From Alphaproteobacteria bacterium (GTDB lineage: Bacteria; Pseudomonadota; Alphaproteobacteria; RF32; CAG-239), in the NCBI GenBank assembly GCA_017465945.1, contig JAFTVD010000001.1:41604-105603 (forward strand): DNA of 64,000 nt. Direction: 5' to 3'. This document shows positions 1-10,300 of this stretch, piece by piece. The notes beneath the pieces are model-generated. The model was not told the DNA's origin. It saw only the letters and a program-made list of their open reading frames with translations, and ran no database searches. A program made the translations under genes and the position numbers. The stretch's first letter is position 1; every line of letters begins with the position of its first letter.

Positions 1-1866
1 GGCAATGGAAATATATATGGTATGTATATGCCAGAAGCAGATACTAATGGAATGATTATAAATATTGACATTGAAGGTTTTGAAAATGGTGATATTGGAC
101 AAACAGGTGTTACTTCTACCATCAACTTAGTAAATACAGGAGATGGTGTAACAACAGGTATGCGTGGCGGACAATATAATCGCATACAAAACACAGGTAC
201 AATTAATATTAACAACCTTGGAAATGGAACTGCCGTAGGTATATATGGTGAAAGCAATTCAAGAATTGAAAATGATGGCAAAATCAATATTTTCCGCCAA
301 GAATACACCGACGCAGAAACAAACATAACCTACAGCCCAGATACTGCTATTGGTGGCACAGCTTATGGTATATATGCAGAAACAGGAGCCTCAATTACAA
401 ATAACGGAGAAATAACTATAACTAATGCAAATAATGGTCATGGTATATACCTTGAACATGGTGCATCATTAGAAAATAACGGAACAATAACCTTTAACGG
501 AAATAACGAAGTTCCAACAACAGGCGGAGTTATAGATATATATGGCAACCGTGAACTATCATCAGCTAATCTAAACAATATTGGAAATGGTGAAATAATA
601 TTAGGCTCAAATGGTAGATTCTTCGCCGATACGCTAAGAGGTGATTTATCCGTATCAAACAAAGTAACCCTAACAGGTTTCAAAGACACATACACCCTAA
701 CCTCATCTCTTCAAGCAAATGACATTTCAGAACTGAACTTAAAATCAAAATCTGCAATGTTTGATGCCAAAACTGCTACAAATAAAAATTCTGGCTATGA
801 TGTAATACTAGAAAGAAAATCATTCTCTTCTTTGTTAAATGATAAAAATATAGCCGATTTCTTAGAACTAAATTATCAAAACCAAAATAATGGTAATTTA
901 TACACCACCTTAAAACAAGCTCAAACAACAAAAGAGCTAACATCACACACAAACAATATAACCGGTAAAGATATTCTTCCATCTTTCAAACAAGAAAACA
1001 CTATCGTGTATAATAATTTAAGCCGAGAATTCAATGATAATTTATTTAATAAACCAAATGAAAATTATATTGCAGGATATAAATATGTAGATATTTCAAA
1101 TGATGATGACGATACATTACTCAAAAGCAATGGAACCGCACACGTTGCATATGGTTTATTAAAAAACAAAAATAATAGTGGCCTAACTTATGGTATTGGT
1201 GCAACCATTGCTCAATTAGAAACAGATTACAAAAATAATTCACAAAGAGAAAGTAATCAACTTGGTTTATGGATGCCATTAGGTTATGATTTTAATAATG
1301 GACTAAAATGGTTTTCAAAACTACATATGGGATATGCTGATAGCTCATATGACAGACAAACAATATTCGGTAAAAAAAGCGCAAGTTATGATGAATATCA
1401 ACTTGGATTGTCAAACGAAGTTAGATATTCAATAAACCTAAAAAATAATTTAAGATTTTCACCATTACTTGAATTAAACCTATTAAGCCAAATTCAAGAT
1501 GATATAAACGAAGGTAGTTCTCAAAATGCCCTAAACATAAAAAGAAATACATCAACCACATTAGAACTTGGACTTGGTGCTTACCTAACAAAAGACTTTA
1601 CATTCAACGACAAACATAACTTAAGTATTCAAATAGGTGGTGTATATTATGTAGAATTCTTAGACCACGACCCAACCTTAAAAGTAAAAGTAAATGGAAT
1701 GGATGGCACACTAAATATATTAAATAAACAAAACAATAACAGAGGTGTTATGTCTCTAAGAGCTACATATAACTACAAAGACATCTCAGTATATGGAAAC
1801 ATAGAAAAAGATATTAATGATATTGACGCATTAACAATTGATGCAGGTATGCAATATAAATTTTAA
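1..1866 (+). CDS. Autotransporter-type surface protein, C-terminal part (5' end lies outside the window)
   Basis: The frame is open from nt 1 (GNGNIYGMYMP...), so the M at 22 is not the true start. Passenger-like repeats (N-x-G-x-I-x-I, G-I-Y-A/L-E) are followed by ~270 aa of alternating beta-strand-like sequence ending DAGMQYKF (terminal Phe). The linker and barrel align by eye with the C-terminus of 7324..13071. Confidence 0.8.
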   Translation, partial: GNGNIYGMYMPEADTNGMIINIDIEGFENGDIGQTGVTSTINLVNTGDGVTTGMRGGQYNRIQNTGTININNLGNGTAVGIYGESNSRIENDGKINIFRQEYTDAETNITYSPDTAIGGTAYGIYAETGASITNNGEITITNANNGHGIYLEHGASLENNGTITFNGNNEVPTTGGVIDIYGNRELSSANLNNIGNGEIILGSNGRFFADTLRGDLSVSNKVTLTGFKDTYTLTSSLQANDISELNLKSKSAMFDAKTATNKNSGYDVILERKSFSSLLNDKNIADFLELNYQNQNNGNLYTTLKQAQTTKELTSHTNNITGKDILPSFKQENTIVYNNLSREFNDNLFNKPNENYIAGYKYVDISNDDDDTLLKSNGTAHVAYGLLKNKNNSGLTYGIGATIAQLETDYKNNSQRESNQLGLWMPLGYDFNNGLKWFSKLHMGYADSSYDRQTIFGKKSASYDEYQLGLSNEVRYSINLKNNLRFSPLLELNLLSQIQDDINEGSSQNALNIKRNTSTTLELGLGAYLTKDFTFNDKHNLSIQIGGVYYVEFLDHDPTLKVKVNGMDGTLNILNKQNNNRGVMSLRATYNYKDISVYGNIEKDINDIDALTIDAGMQYKF

Positions 1867-1881
1867 TCAAAAGGAAATAAA

Positions 1882-2613
1882 ATGGAAAATTTAATAAAGT
1901 ACATCAAACAAGGTAAAGGCTATGGTTTAATATTTTTATTAGCATCATCTATAATTGTAACAACAATCATCATGGCAAAAGCTAAACCTGTACTAAAAGA
2001 TATGGAACCAAAATTAACTTTAATTGCAGAAGATTTTTTACCACTAACAATACAAAACAAACAAATTATAGAACCTGTTGATACATATAAAAGAGTAGAT
2101 ATTAATTTAGGAAACTCCAATTCAAATAAAGACATCTTTCCAGTTGTTTTAGATACAAAAACAACATCAAAAGAATTACCAAAAGAAAAAATTGGATTAT
2201 TCATCATGAAAGATGTCGCATACGTAATATCATTTAATGACATAAAAAAAATATATTACGAAGATGGTGTTTTTGATATTGAAAAATTCAAACAAATATT
2301 ACAAAAAAGCTTCATAATTTTTTCAATTATATCATCTATTGCAATAATTTTACTACATTTCATACAAAATATAGTAATCGCACTATTAGCATCTCTAATA
2401 GGATTATCATACCTAAAACGAACCCAAACAACCATCTCACCTAATTTTTCCTATTTGATGAGATTTTGTTCGCTCATAATTGCATTTGCTGGTATATTAA
2501 GCATTTATATGAAAATATTTTTTACTATAAACATTGGTTTTATACATATACTACTATTAACAATAATTGCTGAAATAATTTTCTTAAACAAAGAAAAAAA
2601 TAAAGAAATATAA
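1882..2613 (+). CDS. Polytopic membrane protein of unknown function
   Basis: ATG with AAGGAA upstream, 15 nt after the autotransporter stop. One N-terminal TM helix, a ~100-aa hydrophilic region, then 3-4 C-terminal TM helices. No family recognised with confidence. Confidence 0.65.
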   Translation: MENLIKYIKQGKGYGLIFLLASSIIVTTIIMAKAKPVLKDMEPKLTLIAEDFLPLTIQNKQIIEPVDTYKRVDINLGNSNSNKDIFPVVLDTKTTSKELPKEKIGLFIMKDVAYVISFNDIKKIYYEDGVFDIEKFKQILQKSFIIFSIISSIAIILLHFIQNIVIALLASLIGLSYLKRTQTTISPNFSYLMRFCSLIIAFAGILSIYMKIFFTINIGFIHILLLTIIAEIIFLNKEKNKEI

Positions 2614-2709
2614 AACATTTATAATGTGGTAAAAATACAATTTTGCTTGATTATATAACAAGATATGGTTTAAATTAAAACAAATTGTATCTCGTAAGGA
2701 TGTGAAAAA

Positions 2710-4224
2710 ATGAAATTTTTGCCATTATGTTTGTTATTATCCGTAGCATTTTATCATAGCAATGCTCAAGCAGATCACACATACAGAATAGAGGACACAC
2801 GCATAATAAATAATGTATTATACGATGTTAATGGAGACCCTGTTACAGGTATTTACGAAACATTTTATGAAAACAACGTAAAAAAGAGCAATTTACCTTA
2901 CGTTGATGGCATACTACATGGTGTAGGCACAATTTATAATGAAAAAGGATATAAAGAAACAGACATACCTTTTGTAAATGGTAAAAAAGAAGGCATCGCC
3001 CTAACATATTATGAAAATGGAAATTTAAAAGAAAAGACACCTTATCGTAATGATTTGATTGATGGCATAAAACGTACATACTATGAAAATGGTAATGTAA
3101 AAGAGCGAATTAACTACGTAGCCAACAATCAAACAGGAACAACTAAAACCTATTACGAAGATGGTAATTTAAGAGAAACAATAAATTATATTGATAACAA
3201 AAAAAATGGTGAAGCAATTGTTTATTTTTACGACGGAAGTGTTGCAGAAAAACTAACCTACAATAATGATACAATAACAGGCGAGCGTTATGTTTACTAT
3301 AAAAGTGGTAACCTAAAATCTCGCATTGAATATGCCTTAGGCAAAAAAAATGGTATGATGTATAACTATTTTGAAGATGGCAACTTAAAGTCAGAAATTC
3401 CATACAAAAATGATGTTGTAGATGGCATAGGAACATTCTACAAAGAAAACGGTGAACTTAACCTAAAAGTAAGTTACAAAGATAATATTCGCCAAGGAAA
3501 AGCCACTGCTTTTTACCCTAATGGCAAACAACAACTTGTAGCTAATTATGTTAATGACATCAAAGACGGTATAGAAACCCAATATTTTGAAAATGGCAAA
3601 GTAGCCTCTGAAACTCCATACAAAGAAGGTATTATAAATGGTATAGGAAGAGAATATTATACCACATCAGGCTTAAAAAGTGAAATCACATATGTTGATG
3701 CAATAGCTAATGGTATGGCTAAATTTTATGATGAAAAAGGCTATCTAACATCAGAAGTTAACTATAATAAAGGCAAAAAGAATGGACTTCAAAAAAATTA
3801 TAATTCTCAAGGTATCATAATCTCTGAAAGCAATTACATTGATGATACACTAGACGGAGAATACAAAGAATACTACGATAATGGTAAAATCAAATCAACC
3901 GCTATGTATGAAAATGGTGCACTTAATGGTTTAAGTTTAATATATGACCAAGAAGGCAATTTGTCATTTGAAATTCCATATGTAAAAAATAGAAAAGAAG
4001 GCAAAGTAAAACGTTACTACCCAACAGGTGAAGTTATGGGTGAAGTAAGTTACGAAAAAGGCAAAAAACATGGAATGCTAGACGCCTATAACCAAGATGG
4101 CACCCTAATGGCAAAAGTATTATTTAATAAAGACGAAGCCATTAAAGGCTATAGCCTAGACCACGGCAAAAAACCAGTTCTTATGACAAAAGAAGAACTA
4201 AAAATCATAAACGAAAGTTACTAA
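2710..4224 (+). CDS. Secreted MORN-variant (YwqK-like) repeat protein
   Basis: Signal peptide (LLSVAFYHSNAQA), then about 20 tandem ~23-aa units of the form Y-Y-E-N-G-x-L-K-x-E-x-P-Y-x-N-x-x-x-D-G. Confidence 0.85.
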   Translation: MKFLPLCLLLSVAFYHSNAQADHTYRIEDTRIINNVLYDVNGDPVTGIYETFYENNVKKSNLPYVDGILHGVGTIYNEKGYKETDIPFVNGKKEGIALTYYENGNLKEKTPYRNDLIDGIKRTYYENGNVKERINYVANNQTGTTKTYYEDGNLRETINYIDNKKNGEAIVYFYDGSVAEKLTYNNDTITGERYVYYKSGNLKSRIEYALGKKNGMMYNYFEDGNLKSEIPYKNDVVDGIGTFYKENGELNLKVSYKDNIRQGKATAFYPNGKQQLVANYVNDIKDGIETQYFENGKVASETPYKEGIINGIGREYYTTSGLKSEITYVDAIANGMAKFYDEKGYLTSEVNYNKGKKNGLQKNYNSQGIIISESNYIDDTLDGEYKEYYDNGKIKSTAMYENGALNGLSLIYDQEGNLSFEIPYVKNRKEGKVKRYYPTGEVMGEVSYEKGKKHGMLDAYNQDGTLMAKVLFNKDEAIKGYSLDHGKKPVLMTKEELKIINESY

Positions 4225-4254
4225 AAAAAAGAGGAGTTAAACTCCTCTTTTTTT
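4224..4254. terminator. Bidirectional intrinsic terminator between convergent genes
   Basis: A-run, then GAGGAG-ttaaa-CTCCTC, then T-run (aaaaaaaGAGGAGttaaaCTCCTCttttttt). Confidence 0.7.
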
Positions 4255-4272
4255 ATTTGTGAAACAACTAAT

Positions 4273-5304
4273 CTATCTACTTTTTACATTAGTTTTTGCC
4301 AAATTTTTCGCTACAGAATTATTTATAACTTTAATCATAAAATCTGTATCTTCATTTCCAAATTTTTTTGCAAATTCAACCGCTCTCTTGGTATTTGCAC
4401 CATAAGAAACAAGTAGATCAACTTTTTTTTGCCACTCATCATCAAACGTATTTTGACTACAACCAATCATTAAATCTTCCAAAGGTGTAATACTTCCATC
4501 AACACTAAGTCCATTATCACTTATTTTTGAATTCACATATTTTCCACCATCACTTTTTAACAATAATTCAAGTGTTTCTGGTTTTCCAACATTAACCACA
4601 TTAAATAAAGCACCTTCTCTATCAAAATTCACATTATTCTCTAAACAAAATTTAATCGCAGAATATGAATATGGTGTAATACCTTCCGCTTTATTTCCTT
4701 TTTCCAATAAATATTTTCCTATCCCATCGACATCAATATTATGATCACTTGATTTGTATAAAACAATTTCTAACAAATTCCGTCCATCTTCATTTGTTGC
4801 ATTTAAATCTGCGCCATTTTTTTCTAAAAACTTCACCATCTCTAAAGTTTCTGCATAGTGTATTGGTTTATTATTTTTTCTCGCCCGAACTTCTCGTTCA
4901 TCAAAGCGTTCTAACATTTCTATCTCTTTTTCAATTTTTTCTTCTGTCCAACCCAACCCCCTAAGTTCTTCACGAGTTTTGTTTCTATCAGGCTTATTAT
5001 AAGTATCTGGCATAGGAGCATTAACATCTAAACCATCTTTTATCATCCTCTCAACAACATCAATTCTATTAGCCCCCAGAGCATACTCAAGCGACATACC
5101 CACAGTATCTCTATCTAAATCAAAAACCAGTACTTGATCCTCCCTTGCTCCAACATATTCTACCTTATCTTCTTTTACATCATCCTTATTATTTCCTTCA
5201 TTACTAGCACACGATGTAAGCGAAGCTGCACTAATTAATGTAGCTAAACCAGCCATTTTCATTTTACTTTTAGCTCTTTCTATTTTTTCTTTTATATCAC
5301 TCAT
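4273..5304 (-). CDS. Ankyrin-repeat lipoprotein
   Basis: GGAGA RBS. Lipobox-like AASLTS|C after a hydrophobic stretch. Several ANK-like units (e.g. KFLEKNGADLNATNEDGRNLLEIVL, MIKDGLDVNAP, LLVSYGANTK). Confidence 0.8.
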   Translation of the reverse strand: MSDIKEKIERAKSKMKMAGLATLISAASLTSCASNEGNNKDDVKEDKVEYVGAREDQVLVFDLDRDTVGMSLEYALGANRIDVVERMIKDGLDVNAPMPDTYNKPDRNKTREELRGLGWTEEKIEKEIEMLERFDEREVRARKNNKPIHYAETLEMVKFLEKNGADLNATNEDGRNLLEIVLYKSSDHNIDVDGIGKYLLEKGNKAEGITPYSYSAIKFCLENNVNFDREGALFNVVNVGKPETLELLLKSDGGKYVNSKISDNGLSVDGSITPLEDLMIGCSQNTFDDEWQKKVDLLVSYGANTKRAVEFAKKFGNEDTDFMIKVINNSVAKNLAKTNVKSR

Positions 5305-5322
5305 TGTTTTTCTCCTTTATCT

Positions 5323-5466
5323 TTATACAAAAAAAGACCACAAACCTTTGTTTGTAGCCTCATCATTACTTAATATATTTTTTCTATCAACGTTTATAGG
5401 GGAGCATCCAGAAAACCAGCGATTCTCTACACTTTTCATATTCAACATTTTAAAACTACATGTCAT
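5323..5466 (-). CDS. Candidate 47-codon leader ORF (MTCSFKMLNMKSVENRWFSGCSPINVDRKNILSNDEATNKGLWSFFV)
   Basis: Below the ORF-track length cutoff; translated by hand. AAGGGAG sits 7 nt upstream of the ATG. The last ~12 codons span a terminator-like hairpin plus T7. The TAA stop lies 18 nt before the ankyrin gene ATG. Confidence 0.25.
   Translation of the reverse strand: MTCSFKMLNMKSVENRWFSGCSPINVDRKNILSNDEATNKGLWSFFV
5329..5357 (-). terminator. Terminator/attenuator-like hairpin inside the leader ORF
   Basis: Minus sense: CTACAAAC-aaag-GTTTGTGG (8 bp, 1 mismatch), then TC and TTTTTTT. It lies only ~25 nt upstream of the ankyrin gene start. Confidence 0.5.
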
Positions 5467-5495
5467 ATTAACACTCCCTTATTAATACACTTACT

Positions 5496-5524
5496 ATAAT
5501 ATCATAAATTTAAGGTTAATGCAA
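5496..5524 (-). promoter_or_regulatory. Sigma70-type promoter candidate for the leader ORF and ankyrin gene
   Basis: Minus strand TTGCAT (5524..5519), 17-nt spacer, TATTAT (5501..5496). Confidence 0.5.
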
Positions 5525-5546
5525 CAAAAAAATTATATTGACTATT

Positions 5547-6851
5547 TTAGCCTTTACGACCAAGAGATTTAATTTCAAATCCTAATTCTTCAGCTCTTTT
5601 ATAGTCAAACACATTACGATAATCTGCAATTTGTGGACGTTTCATAAGTTGTTTAATTTTTTCTAATTCTAAAGATTTAAATTCTTCCCAATCAGTTAAA
5701 ACAGCCAACACATCAGCCCCACCAATCGCTTCATAAGAAGAACTGCAATATGTAACCATATCACCTAAAATAGCTTTAGTATTTTCCATTGCCTCTGGAT
5801 CATATAGCTTAATATTAACATCATGAGCAAGCATAATTTCAATAATTTGAAGAGCAGGACTTTCTCTACAATCATCTGTCCCTCCTTTAAAAGCACTCCC
5901 CAATACTGCAACTGTTGGATTTTTAACATCATCAACCATATCTAAAATACGTTTTGCCATATTAATTTTACGCTTTTCATTACCTTTAATTGTAGCTTCA
6001 ATCAAAGATAAATCAATACCATTAAACTTACCCATATATGCCATAGCATTAGTATCTTTAGGAAAACAAAAACCACCATATCCAGGACCTGGAACTAAAA
6101 ATTTAGCTCCGATTCTAGAATCCATTCCCATACCACGAGCAACTTCATAAATATCAGCCCCAGATGTTTCGCAAAAATCTGCCATCTCATTAATATATTG
6201 AATTTTCATCGCCAAAAACGCATTAGACGCATATTTAATCGTTTCAGAGCTTTGACGTTTAACATATAAAATTGGACATCTATCCTTAAAAGGCAAATAT
6301 AAATCTGCAATCAAAGCTTTTGCTCGTTCACTATTTGCTCCAACCACAATTCTGTCAGGATTAAAGAAATCTTGCACTGCAAAACCTTCTCTTAAAAATT
6401 CAGGTAAAGATATTACATCAAAATCAGCATCTGGATTAGTTTTTTTAATAAGATTTTCTACCATATCACCAGTATTAACAGGAACAGTAGATTTTACAGC
6501 AACCACAGTATAGCCCTTCAAATATTTAGCCAACTCTTCTGATGCTTGCTTAATATATCTCATATCAGCTTCTTTTGTAATTGGATGAGGAGGTGTTCCA
6601 ACCGCTAAAATAACTAAATCTGCACAAGGAATGCTGTCTTCAAATGATGTTGAAAACTTTAGACTACCACTATTAATGTGTTTGTTAAACAATGGTTCTA
6701 ACCCATCTTCAAAAATAGTAAGCTTACCTTCTTTTAATGAATTAATTTTCTTTTCATCAACATCTAAACAAATAACATTATTTCCAAGTTCTGCCAATCC
6801 AACACCTGTTGGAAGTCCAACATAACCTGTACCAATAACTGTAACTTTCAT
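5547..6851 (-). CDS. ugd: UDP-glucose 6-dehydrogenase
   Basis: MKVTVIGTGYVGLPTG Rossmann N-terminus, catalytic GGFCFPKD motif, and a C-terminal UDP-binding region (VAVLGSAFKGGTDDCRESPA). Start moved to the ATG at 6851 (AGGAGA upstream); the ORF-track start at 6878 adds 9 residues with no RBS. Confidence 0.92.
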   Translation of the reverse strand: MKVTVIGTGYVGLPTGVGLAELGNNVICLDVDEKKINSLKEGKLTIFEDGLEPLFNKHINSGSLKFSTSFEDSIPCADLVILAVGTPPHPITKEADMRYIKQASEELAKYLKGYTVVAVKSTVPVNTGDMVENLIKKTNPDADFDVISLPEFLREGFAVQDFFNPDRIVVGANSERAKALIADLYLPFKDRCPILYVKRQSSETIKYASNAFLAMKIQYINEMADFCETSGADIYEVARGMGMDSRIGAKFLVPGPGYGGFCFPKDTNAMAYMGKFNGIDLSLIEATIKGNEKRKINMAKRILDMVDDVKNPTVAVLGSAFKGGTDDCRESPALQIIEIMLAHDVNIKLYDPEAMENTKAILGDMVTYCSSSYEAIGGADVLAVLTDWEEFKSLELEKIKQLMKRPQIADYRNVFDYKRAEELGFEIKSLGRKG

Positions 6852-7007
6852 TTTATATCTCCTAAATAATCTTATCAAAAACTACACAAAATCCTCCAAT
6901 TTTTCAAGCAAAATAATAACAATGTTTATAAACTTAACATTAAATTTGCACCTTTTATGAATATAAAATAATCTAACCTATATCAATAAATCAAAAGGAG
7001 AAAATCA

Positions 7008-7289
7008 TTGAAAAAAATTATCTGTTTTATGATTGCAATATTTTTAAGCTTTAACGCAAATGCTCAAAATATTGAAGCAACTACATTAAATCTAACATCA
7101 AAGCAAAATCAAAAATTAACCGAATTAAAATCAAAACTCAAAGCAGAGATAGACCCTATTTGGGAAGAAATACAATCTAGTCGTAATCGCATCTTAGAAA
7201 TAGAAAAAAAATATTTTGAAGAATTTTGGAATATGCTTACAGATGAACAAAAACAAAAGTTCACAGAATTAAATAAAACACAACAATAA
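7008..7289 (+). CDS. Small periplasmic LTXXQ-motif (CpxP/Spy-family-like) protein
   Basis: TTG start 7 nt after AAGGAG. Signal peptide (..SFNANA|QN). Two LTxxQ motifs (LTSKQ, LTDEQ) in a helical, K/E-rich 93-aa protein. Confidence 0.7.
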   Translation: MKKIICFMIAIFLSFNANAQNIEATTLNLTSKQNQKLTELKSKLKAEIDPIWEEIQSSRNRILEIEKKYFEEFWNMLTDEQKQKFTELNKTQQ

Positions 7290-7295
7290 AAAAAT

Positions 7296-7311
7296 GCCGA
7301 GAATTCTCGGC
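7296..7311. terminator. Bidirectional terminator (perfect palindrome GCCGAGAATTCTCGGC)
   Basis: Flanked by an A-run upstream and TTTCTTT downstream, between convergent genes. Confidence 0.7.
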
Positions 7312-7323
7312 TTTCTTTATCTT

Positions 7324-10300
7324 CTAAAAGCTATATCTAACCCCAACACCACCTTCGATATTGCTTTCTTTTTCACTTATATGCGAAATTTCAGCACCTA
7401 CACTTAAATCTCCATCTTTATACATTGCCTCAGCAGTTGTTTTTAAGCGGTTTTTATCCTCATCATAATATCCTGCATCAAAGCTAACAGGACTTCCCTT
7501 CATTGTTACATCTAAACGTTTATATGGATCTAAAAACTCATGATAATATTTACTGCCAATAGCAAACATTAATGAACGATTCTTAGCAAATTCTATTGTT
7601 TTACGAAGTTTCAAACCAATTCCTGCCTCAAGTGATAAACTATTATTAGATTTTAATACAAATCCCTCGTTATTTTCATCTGCATCATCACTTGCTATAC
7701 CTTGCAAATTAAGTTCTGCCTCGGCAACCAACTCTGCAACTTTCATATCTACGCTATATTCGATACTATTATTCATACCATAATAAATATCAAACGTATC
7801 AGCCTCATAATTTCCAGACATTGCATTACGATTATAACTTCCCATTCCAGCACCTGCTGTAATAGTCCCCAAATACTTGAAATTATTATTTTTATATAAT
7901 ATAGGCATAAACGCCATTATTATCTTATTTTCTTTATCCGAATTCACATCATCATACTGGCTGTCAACATATGAAGCACTTAAACCCAATCCCATATTCC
8001 AGTTTTTATTTAATTTCCATCCATTTAATAAGCTAGCAGTATAAATATCTGCCTCATAACCACTCAAATTATCAATACCATCTTTTCCTGTTCTATAAAC
8101 ATTTGCCCCAACACTCACACCGTCTAAACCATCATTTAATATTTTTCTTTGTTCAGTAGATGTAATGTTACGTACAACAGCCATATTTTCACGTGGTAGA
8201 TTTGCATAAAATTTCTTACCACTTTCACTTTCAACAACTGCATTAAATTCTTTTTTATTTGTTGCAGATTTCAAACTATTATACATTTTTTCATTATGAG
8301 CCAAATTATAATTCATTTCAAAAAATTCGCCTAAATCTTTTTCTTCAACTAATTCTTCAAAACTCTTACGATTTAATTCTACATCTGATACATCCTTATT
8401 ATTATTAATCTTTGCATCAAACATATAAGACTGAGATTTTATACTTAGCCCATTATTTTCCCCCACAAATGAATCTTTATTTTTATAGCTATTTTCAAAA
8501 CCACCCATTACAATATCTTTTGAAGCAAGAACTTCCCCCTTAAAACTATTTGCCTTATAACTACCACCTTTACCTATCACATAACTTGTATCTTCAGCTC
8601 TATCACTAAAGTCTATCTCTCTATCATCAAAATTAACAATTCCTTTGTTTACAAAGCTAGCACCATTATTTAACTCCAATAATGTTGCAACACTAGCAAC
8701 TTCAGCTCCTTCTTCAGTTTCCTCTTCTTTTGCACTAGCATCTACACACTCACCAGTTCCACCAAACGAACCATCCCCATCATTGCATTTTCCTGACTTA
8801 GCACTATCAAACGAAATTATATTATTATTTGTAAAAGAAGCTCCTGATTCTACATATACAGCTGTTCCTGCTCCCGTAACTGTAATACTTCCATTATTTT
8901 CCCCCCTCGTACCATCTTCAAGATAAACACCTATACCACTACCAATTGTAATAGTTCCATTATTTGTTACCGAACCACTTTTGACATGTATACCTTTACT
9001 AGCACTGCCTATTACCACATCTCCATTATTTTCAAAACCTCCTCCATCTACATACACAACAGTTCCATTACCAGTAATATTAGCATTATTACTAAAAATA
9101 CCAGTTGCATATACACCTATACCATTTGTATTTATAGCACCTTCATTTGAACCAGACCCTTTAACACCTATACTATTATAATCATAAACATTTATATTAC
9201 CTTCATTCTTAACAATACCTTCAACCCCGATTCCCCCTAATTCAACAACAATACTCCCAGAATTTTCTGCAGAACCTTTTACCCCAACACCTGACGAAAC
9301 AGATATCATTCCTGTATTTTCAACAGCCCCATACACACCAATACTAGTAGAAGAATTAACAAAAATTCCTCCAGGCTCACTTTCACCTCCAGCTGAATTT
9401 ATTGCATTATTCGAATAAATACCTATTGCATGATCACCAACCGAAATTGTTCCTTTAAGATCTCCATTTGTAGAATTTTCAACCTTTTCTGTAGAATATA
9501 TGCCATAAGCATACGTTGAAATATCACCTGCTGTTGCATCTTGAGCAGAAACAGATAAATCTCCATAGTTATATGCATATGCACCACTTTTTGCATTTAC
9601 TCCTATACTCTTAGTTCCTTCAACAATAATAACACCAGAATTAATAGCCTTTGATTGTATTGATGGCACACCATCAATTGCCCCTATTCCAACACTATCT
9701 TTTTTTACATTAATTACCCCATAATTTTCAACAGTTGCAAAATTTTCAGCATAACCACCTTTTCCTTCAAACACATCAATTTCAGCTCCAGGGGTAACTC
9801 CAGCATAACTACCACTTCCTTCTGCTTTGATACCTATACTATCTTTATCTTTAACAGCCATATAAGCATCACGCCCATCATGATAAGCTTTTCCCTCATT
9901 TTGAGCAACCAAAGCTGTAGCTGAATTTACTACATCAACTTTACCCTTATTATATACTTCAGAACCTTTACCAACAGCTACTAATAAATGAGAATTACTA
10001 CCTGTCACATAAGCTGTTGATGATTTTGAAAAATAAGCATATCCTCCACTTTCACTTGTAATAGCCTTTCCCAAAGTAAATCCGTTAATAAAACCTTTAC
10101 CACTACCATCAACACTACCATCATCTTTAACAATAATTTCAAAATTATAATCTTCAAACATCTTCTTTGCTTCATTTGTCATCATATAAAATACAATATT
10201 ATCTAATCCAGCATTATAAACAATTTCACCATTAACCAATACTTTTGAATCCGGACCATCTAACAAAAAAGCCGTCGTTGAATTATTCATAAGATAAATA

